From: Clostridia bacterium
GTDB lineage: Bacteria > Bacillota > Clostridia > UMGS1883
Reading direction: 5' to 3'
Length of the DNA: 39,936 nucleotides
Assembly (NCBI GenBank): GCA_051866635.1
Contig: JBJDXJ010000029.1
Span: 1 to 39,936 of the forward strand
Part shown: piece after piece, positions 33,973-39,936 of the stretch
Numbering within the stretch: position 1 is the stretch's first letter
Layout of the letters: the number at the start of each line of letters is the position of its first letter
Notes under the pieces: generated by a model
What the model was told of the DNA's origin: nothing
The model's database searches: none
The model's input: only the letters and a program-made list of their open reading frames with translations
Position numbers and translations under genes: made by a program

Positions 33973-36900
33973 ATGAACTTTAAAAAGTTTACAGCGTTTA
34001 TGATGTCCTTTATAATGATAATTTCACTTGTGCCTTGCGTAAGCTTTGGGGCAAGTGCCACTACTGTTATGCAATCATTAGATGCAATTGTGCTGTGGAG
34101 CTGTACTGACGGAACCTTTAACGATACTCCGGTAGCTGACGCCTTTACAGGTTGGACAAGCAATATTACATCAGGTTACGTAAATGTAAAAACCTATTCC
34201 ACAGGCAACACGCTTCAATATTATGTAAACGGGACGGATAATATAACGAGTATTGTTTCCCCGGGATATGGAAGCGGCAGTGAAAAAATAATAATTGAAT
34301 GGGTTATGAAAAGAGAAACTACCGCAAGTGATTTGTATTTTGACTTTTCGTTTAAAGATATAAACGGCACTGAAATTGCATTTTTAAAGCTGGACAAAAA
34401 TGCAACAGAGCCGGGTGCTTCCCATCCCGATGAAAATAATAACGAAATATACCAAATGGGATGGCCGAATAAAGGGGCGGACTGTGCCATTGTGGCATAT
34501 AACAACCCGGACGGAGAAACACATACCGCGGATTATTATGTGACAGGCGAAAAGGTTTACACACAGAGTGAACTTACAGGCACTATAGACGGCTTTGGTT
34601 CTATTTCATCTTCAAACGGTTTATATTCCACCTCGTGGGAGCATATCGGCTTTTCAAATTTGACAATAGGCGGTGTTTACGGAAGTTCGGCAAAAACTGT
34701 AACAGTTATATATACAATTGGTGGTAGCGAGATAGAGGGCTTAAGCGGAACATATGTGGGAAGTGAAGGCTATACATTCCCGAAAAAGACAGTTCTTTAT
34801 GACGGCGATGTGTATTATGCGGACGAGGTAACTTTAACAGAGAGTGCCACTATTGAGCTTACTAAGTACGACCGCTACAGCTCAAAGCCTATAGGTACTG
34901 TTTTTGAAGTGAATAGTACAAGCTACATATCAACAGGTGACAGCGTTATTGCGAACGGTAATTTTATAACAGGCAACACCACGGGCTGGACAAGCAGAGT
35001 GAACAGTGATGTAACAGGCGGCACTGTGAGCTATGACAGTAGCATGGACTGTAATGTTTTAAGCATTTCCACCGGGGGTAAAAACGATACAAACACCATA
35101 GGTACATCATGGAGTGTAACTGCCGGGCAACAGTATTATCTTTCCTTTTACGTTGGCGGAGCAAGGCCCACAAGTAATAACTATACATATAACCAGGTTT
35201 TTCAGTCAGACAAAACTACCTCCATTTTACCTTACGGTGCAAATATGACAGATGGTGAATGGACAAGGTTTGAAGAGATTATTAACCCCACAGGCGACAG
35301 CGTGTATTTCCAGTGTAGCTGGGTAGGAGTAATTAAGTTTGCCAATTTTGAACTTGTGCCTGTGGAAGAATACACAATAGGACAAGTGACAAAATACGAC
35401 GTGGTGGAAGATGCCTTTGTGCAGAACAATAAAATTTACGGCATAAATACCACAAATACCAACGGTGTTATGGTAGGTTCATATAGTGATGAAAACCGAG
35501 GACCCGGCTATGATGCCAACGGTGAAGCAACCTTCCTTGAAGGCTCAACGCCTACAACTTTAGGTTCATCCCGTGTAGGACTGATGAAATTCCCCGTAGT
35601 AAAATTGGACGAAAAAGACAGGGCAATACTTAATTTTTATGTAAGAGCATGGCACAGCCAGGGCTTTGACGGAGGCAATACATTTTTAAGAATTGCACTA
35701 ACACCTTTAAATGACAGCACTTGGGCAGACCAAAGCGAGGCAAGCAGTTTTTATATTGCATCAGAACCGCTTTTGTCTAACTGGCAAACACCTGTTTTTT
35801 CCGAAAAGGCAACCAATGCCCCGGGCTATGTAAAAGTTGACGTTACTGAAATCATGCACGCCGCAGAGGAGGCAAACTTAGAATACATAAGCCTTAAAAT
35901 GCAGATTTATTGGGGCGCGGCATATATTGTTGAACGTGAAGCCGCCTTAGTTGGCGGAAGCTATGAAGGTAAAGGTGCATATATTGAAGTAAGTCAGGAT
36001 GAAGAACTTTACCGTGTTACAACTTCTGGCGTGGCAACCCTTACTAAAAACGGCTCTGCTATGAACAGCTTTGCATACGTTTCAGAAACAGATGATGTGA
36101 GACTGCAGCTTGACGGTGCAGATGTAATAGGTTCCGACGAAGGTTGCTATTTCCCCGGCGAAAATTTGACTATTACAAAAGACACCTCCATCACAAATAC
36201 TATCCCCTTGGGCTTTGGACTTACAATGGTAAACGGTGCACAGGTTAGAATTGGCGGTGGTGTTGACGAAAGCGGCAAAGTGGGCAATGGAAGCGGACTG
36301 AGGTTTATAGTAACCTTAAATGGTACAGATACAATTGCAGGATTGAAAGATGCTGAGTGTGGCGTTATCATAACCGCAGAAGGAAGCAATGCAGAAAGTA
36401 AAATACCTGCAACATACTGGCAGAATGATACAGTATTTACAGCTGCAATAACAAATCTGAACCCGTCAAACTATAACCGTAAGTTTACGGCAACCCCTTA
36501 TGTTACGGTAAACGGAAGAACCTTTACGGGAACATCTGTTACAAGAAGCATATATCAGGTTGCAGCAGGCCTTTTGACAGGCGAGAATGATATGGGTGTT
36601 GATGCAAAAATACTCTACGATGTTCTTAATGCATATGTAAATCAAGTAGGTATTCGTCTTAGCTTCAGGGATAATTTTGAATTGACCGACAGGGAGCTTA
36701 CTGTGCGTACCTCAGGTAACGGTGCATACACAGGTACCCCCTTCTTTGAGGTGGGGGAAACTTCTGTAGACGGCAATATTTACAGCATTGTTTTAACACC
36801 TATAGGTGAAAACACCGTTATTAAAAACAATTATTGGAATGAATATGTAAGAATTAATAACAATAACAGCACTATCAAGGTTTGTACAGCACTTGAAGAA

Positions 36901-38202
36901 AATGAGGATGGAACATACACTTTAAGTTTTGACACCGAGAGTCTTAATTTAGGTCCTTCCCTTAAAGATAAGTTTGAAGCCATGAAGCCAACTTATGAAC
37001 GTGCCGTTGCGGCAATGGAGAGTGCAAACACTTACTGGCAGACAAACACAAGCTATATTGACTGGTATGGTAGTACACACCCTGCATTTTGGGACAAGGC
37101 GGCATATCACACAGGTAATATGGAAATGTACAATGTTACAGGCAATGAAGATTATTTGCAGTATTCCATAGACTGGGCAAACTATAACGAATGGAAGGGC
37201 AATAACTCAACTACCGACCCATCCACATGGACATGGGGTTACAACCAGACCCAGGGAAGTACCGCGGTGCTTTTCGGTGACTGGCAGATATGCTTCCAGA
37301 CTTATATTGATTTGTATAACCTTAATGAAGCCGGAACAGTTACAATAGAAGGTGCAAATATTGACCGTGTTTTAGAGGTTATAGATTATCAGATTACAAA
37401 AGAAGAGGACAGCTTCTGGTGGTGGGCAGACTCACTTTATATGGTAATGCCCGTTATGACAAAGCTGTATAAGACAACAGGCGATGAAAAGTACCTTGAC
37501 GCACTTTATAAGTATTTCCGCTATGCAAAGGAGCTTATGTATGACGGTGAGGGAGGAATACCCACATCGGCAGAGGGCTATACAACAAGTGCCTCACTTA
37601 GCGATGGTGCATACTATTCCGACCCTGACGATTATAAGAATTTATTCTTCCGTGACGCAAGCTATGTATATCCGCTACTTCCAAATGTAGGCCACGAAAC
37701 AGAAAAGAACTTTTGGGCACGTGGCGACGGATGGGTATTTGCAGGATTAAGTAAAGTGCTTTCCGATATGCCTAAATCTTACACTCATTATGACGAATTT
37801 TATAAAACGTATGTAGAAATGGCAGAAGCAATAATTTCTTGCCAGAGGTTTGACGATAGGGGCTACGGCTTCTGGACACAAAGTATGCTTCAGGATTACC
37901 CCAAGGGTTCAAACGGAAATGATATGGGCTACGAAACAAGCGGTACGGCATTCTTTGTATACGGCTTGTTCTGGGGTATAAACAACGGTGTTTTAACAGA
38001 TGACGCCTATCTTAAGGCGGCTGTACGAGGATGGGGCTATCTTGAAAATGTTGCACTCCATTCTGACGGTAAGGTTGGCTATGTTCAGCCTATCGGCTCA
38101 AAAGCAACGGAAGCTGTAAGCTATGACACAACCGCAAACTTCGGTGTAGGTGCATATTTACTTGCTTCTGCCGAGGCGGCAAGGTGGGCTTTGGCACAGT
38201 AA
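33973..38202 (+). CDS. Large secreted modular glycoside hydrolase: CBM-like domains, the shared 'GAQVRIGGG' module and a C-terminal GH105/GH88 domain
   Basis: Signal peptide; VIANGNF..G.TGW CBM4/9-like start; EDAFVQ...DVTEIM possible DNRLRE-like domain; WWWADSLYMVMP, FWARGDGW, ETSGTAFFVYGL, VGYVQPIG; GGAGGA RBS (TTG 33970 or ATG 33973). Confidence 0.85.
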   Translation: MNFKKFTAFMMSFIMIISLVPCVSFGASATTVMQSLDAIVLWSCTDGTFNDTPVADAFTGWTSNITSGYVNVKTYSTGNTLQYYVNGTDNITSIVSPGYGSGSEKIIIEWVMKRETTASDLYFDFSFKDINGTEIAFLKLDKNATEPGASHPDENNNEIYQMGWPNKGADCAIVAYNNPDGETHTADYYVTGEKVYTQSELTGTIDGFGSISSSNGLYSTSWEHIGFSNLTIGGVYGSSAKTVTVIYTIGGSEIEGLSGTYVGSEGYTFPKKTVLYDGDVYYADEVTLTESATIELTKYDRYSSKPIGTVFEVNSTSYISTGDSVIANGNFITGNTTGWTSRVNSDVTGGTVSYDSSMDCNVLSISTGGKNDTNTIGTSWSVTAGQQYYLSFYVGGARPTSNNYTYNQVFQSDKTTSILPYGANMTDGEWTRFEEIINPTGDSVYFQCSWVGVIKFANFELVPVEEYTIGQVTKYDVVEDAFVQNNKIYGINTTNTNGVMVGSYSDENRGPGYDANGEATFLEGSTPTTLGSSRVGLMKFPVVKLDEKDRAILNFYVRAWHSQGFDGGNTFLRIALTPLNDSTWADQSEASSFYIASEPLLSNWQTPVFSEKATNAPGYVKVDVTEIMHAAEEANLEYISLKMQIYWGAAYIVEREAALVGGSYEGKGAYIEVSQDEELYRVTTSGVATLTKNGSAMNSFAYVSETDDVRLQLDGADVIGSDEGCYFPGENLTITKDTSITNTIPLGFGLTMVNGAQVRIGGGVDESGKVGNGSGLRFIVTLNGTDTIAGLKDAECGVIITAEGSNAESKIPATYWQNDTVFTAAITNLNPSNYNRKFTATPYVTVNGRTFTGTSVTRSIYQVAAGLLTGENDMGVDAKILYDVLNAYVNQVGIRLSFRDNFELTDRELTVRTSGNGAYTGTPFFEVGETSVDGNIYSIVLTPIGENTVIKNNYWNEYVRINNNNSTIKVCTALEENEDGTYTLSFDTESLNLGPSLKDKFEAMKPTYERAVAAMESANTYWQTNTSYIDWYGSTHPAFWDKAAYHTGNMEMYNVTGNEDYLQYSIDWANYNEWKGNNSTTDPSTWTWGYNQTQGSTAVLFGDWQICFQTYIDLYNLNEAGTVTIEGANIDRVLEVIDYQITKEEDSFWWWADSLYMVMPVMTKLYKTTGDEKYLDALYKYFRYAKELMYDGEGGIPTSAEGYTTSASLSDGAYYSDPDDYKNLFFRDASYVYPLLPNVGHETEKNFWARGDGWVFAGLSKVLSDMPKSYTHYDEFYKTYVEMAEAIISCQRFDDRGYGFWTQSMLQDYPKGSNGNDMGYETSGTAFFVYGLFWGINNGVLTDDAYLKAAVRGWGYLENVALHSDGKVGYVQPIGSKATEAVSYDTTANFGVGAYLLASAEAARWALAQ

Positions 38203-38213
38203 GATTACAAAAG

Positions 38214-38345
38214 AGACTGTGAAAAAAGTCTCTTGAGAAATAAGTTTGACCATTTGGGACAGTCCCCTTTATGGCAAATTGGGAGACAATTTGCAAAGAA
38301 ACCTTATAAGGTTTTGTTGGGACAGTCCCGAAATGGTCTTTTTGT
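38214..38345 (+). repeat. Copy C of the MITE-like element (right end missing)
   Basis: gactgtgaaaaaagtctct...gaccatttgggacagtcccc.ttatggcaaattgggagacaatttgc...gggacagtcccgaaatggtctttttgt. Confidence 0.9.
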
Positions 38346-38399
38346 ATGGACAAAAATATTTATTTGTGGTAAAATTATATCATGAGCGAGGTCGTTAAC

Positions 38400-39152
38400 A
38401 TGGAAAATTATAAAATTACAGTTGCCTATGACGGTACACGGTATTCCGGATGGCAGAGGCAGAATAACACAGATAAGTCCATTCAAGGCAAAATTGAAGA
38501 GGTTTTGACAAAAATGTGCGGCCACAATGTTGAAATACATGGCTCGGGCAGAACTGATGCAGGGGTCCATGCCATAGGTCAGGTTGCAAATTTTAAAATT
38601 GAAACAGATAAAACAACTGATGAAATACATCATTATCTGAATGAATATCTCCCTGAAGATATTGCCGTGACTGATATATGCACAGTTGGAAATATGTTTC
38701 ATGCACGGCTTGCTAAATGCCAAAAGACATATCTTTACAGGATTAATAATTCGGATATATCTTTAGTATTTGACAGAAAGTATGTGTACAAATTTCCCGA
38801 AAAGCTCGATGTGGACAAAATGCGTAAAGCGGCTGAAAGCTTAATTGGCACACATGATTTTTTGGGCTTTTCTTCACTTAAAAGGGTTAAAAAATCCACC
38901 GTGAGGACAATATATGATGTAAAGATTGAAAAAAGCGGAAATGAAATTAAAATTTACATCACAGGCGATGGATTTTTGTATAATATGGTAAGAATTATAA
39001 TCGGAACACTTATTGAAATAGGCTCAGGTAAAGTTGATACAGAAATAATTAAAAGGGTTCTTGAAAGTAAAAAGCGACAAGATGCCGGGTTTACCGCACC
39101 GGGGTGCGGGCTTACATTGTTTAGTGTTGTGTATGACACAGAAAGGGGATAA
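38400..39152 (+). CDS. truA: tRNA pseudouridine(38-40) synthase
   Basis: AYDGTRYSGWQRQ, GSGRTDAGVHA, GTHDF, GDGFLYNMVRIIIG, TAPGCGLTL; start 38400 or 38382. Confidence 0.95.
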   Translation: MENYKITVAYDGTRYSGWQRQNNTDKSIQGKIEEVLTKMCGHNVEIHGSGRTDAGVHAIGQVANFKIETDKTTDEIHHYLNEYLPEDIAVTDICTVGNMFHARLAKCQKTYLYRINNSDISLVFDRKYVYKFPEKLDVDKMRKAAESLIGTHDFLGFSSLKRVKKSTVRTIYDVKIEKSGNEIKIYITGDGFLYNMVRIIIGTLIEIGSGKVDTEIIKRVLESKKRQDAGFTAPGCGLTLFSVVYDTERG

Positions 39153-39154
39153 TT

Positions 39155-39853
39155 ATGGTTTATGTAATTTCAAATCTTTACGGGGATTATAACAAATACG
39201 AGGCGATACTTAAAGAAATAAAACTTAAGGATGATGATATGCTCTTTGTATTGGGCAATATTGTTGACGGCGGCGATAAGGGCGTTGAAATTTTAATGGA
39301 CATGATGATGCGTGGAAATGTTTTTCCCGTTTTAGGTGACCATGAATTAATTGCTTACGAAATTCTATCCTCCATTGAAAAAGAAACACGTGAGGATTTT
39401 TCTGCTCCTTTGTCAGAAGAAGTTGCCAATAGGTGTCAAAGATGGATGGAAAGCGGCGGAGAAGGCACACTTACAGGCTATTCAAAGCTTTCGGATGATG
39501 ATAAGATTGCACTTATCGAGTATTTAGAGGAATTTACAATTTACGAAGAAGTTGAAGCCGGTGGTGAAAAGTTTGTTCTTTGCTACAGCCTGCCTGAAAA
39601 CTTTGAAGAAGGGGACCAATTGGACGATTATTCAGCCGAGGATATTTTAACGGGAAGTGTAAATTACGAAAGAAACTATTTCCCCGGGAAAACACTTATC
39701 ACAAGCAAAGATATCACAATTGAAATTGACAGAAACACTCACGGTAAAATATTCAGAAACGATTGCCATGTAGGTATTAACTGCGGAGGATATCTGGGCG
39801 GCTTAACTGCGGCATATTGTTTAGATACTGACGAAGAATATTATGTAGAATAA
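39155..39853 (+). CDS. Calcineurin-like metallophosphoesterase (Ser/Thr phosphatase-like) with degenerate metal-binding motifs
   Basis: Motif order YVISNLYG / VLGNIVDGG / VLGDHE / W...GG..T / INCG...GG...AYCLD matches the family scaffold. Confidence 0.75.
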   Translation: MVYVISNLYGDYNKYEAILKEIKLKDDDMLFVLGNIVDGGDKGVEILMDMMMRGNVFPVLGDHELIAYEILSSIEKETREDFSAPLSEEVANRCQRWMESGGEGTLTGYSKLSDDDKIALIEYLEEFTIYEEVEAGGEKFVLCYSLPENFEEGDQLDDYSAEDILTGSVNYERNYFPGKTLITSKDITIEIDRNTHGKIFRNDCHVGINCGGYLGGLTAAYCLDTDEEYYVE

Positions 39854-39868
39854 AATGCAAAAAACAAA

Positions 39869-39936
39869 GGCTATAAAAAAATCTCTAAAGAAATAAGTTA
39901 AGACCATTTGGGACAGTCCCCCTTATGGCAAATTGG
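39869..39936 (+). repeat. Copy D of the MITE-like element (cut by the window end)
   Basis: ggctataaaaaaatctctaaagaaataagttaagaccatttgggacagtcccccttatggcaaattgg, almost identical to copy B. Confidence 0.9.

Overview
Chromosomal window from a low-GC Bacillota/Clostridia-type bacterium (inferred from gene content, the IspH-S1 fusion and sigma-A promoters). The left third is a housekeeping run: cysE-cysS-mrnC, split transketolase, pcrA, a methyltransferase, an HI0933-family flavoprotein, cmk and ispH-rpsA. The rest mixes core genes (mscL, pckG, cca, wecB, truA) with large secreted proteins: two GH105/GH88-type hydrolases, a 2420-aa BspA-like LRR protein and an HExxH metallopeptidase. Main observations: (1) a DUF559 endonuclease gene bracketed by double-hairpin inverted repeats, with a gene-less element of the same architecture 4 kb away; (2) four copies of a ~160-bp structured MITE-like repeat; (3) an XRE/small-ORF cassette bounded by two long palindromes; (4) an unnamed ~240-aa module shared by two secreted proteins and the tail of a third protein, plus a second shorter shared module; (5) a metallophosphoesterase whose metal-ligand motifs are mostly substituted. 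I saw no rRNA, tRNA, CRISPR array, transposase, integrase or reverse transcriptase. All family assignments come from motif recognition by eye; no searches were run.
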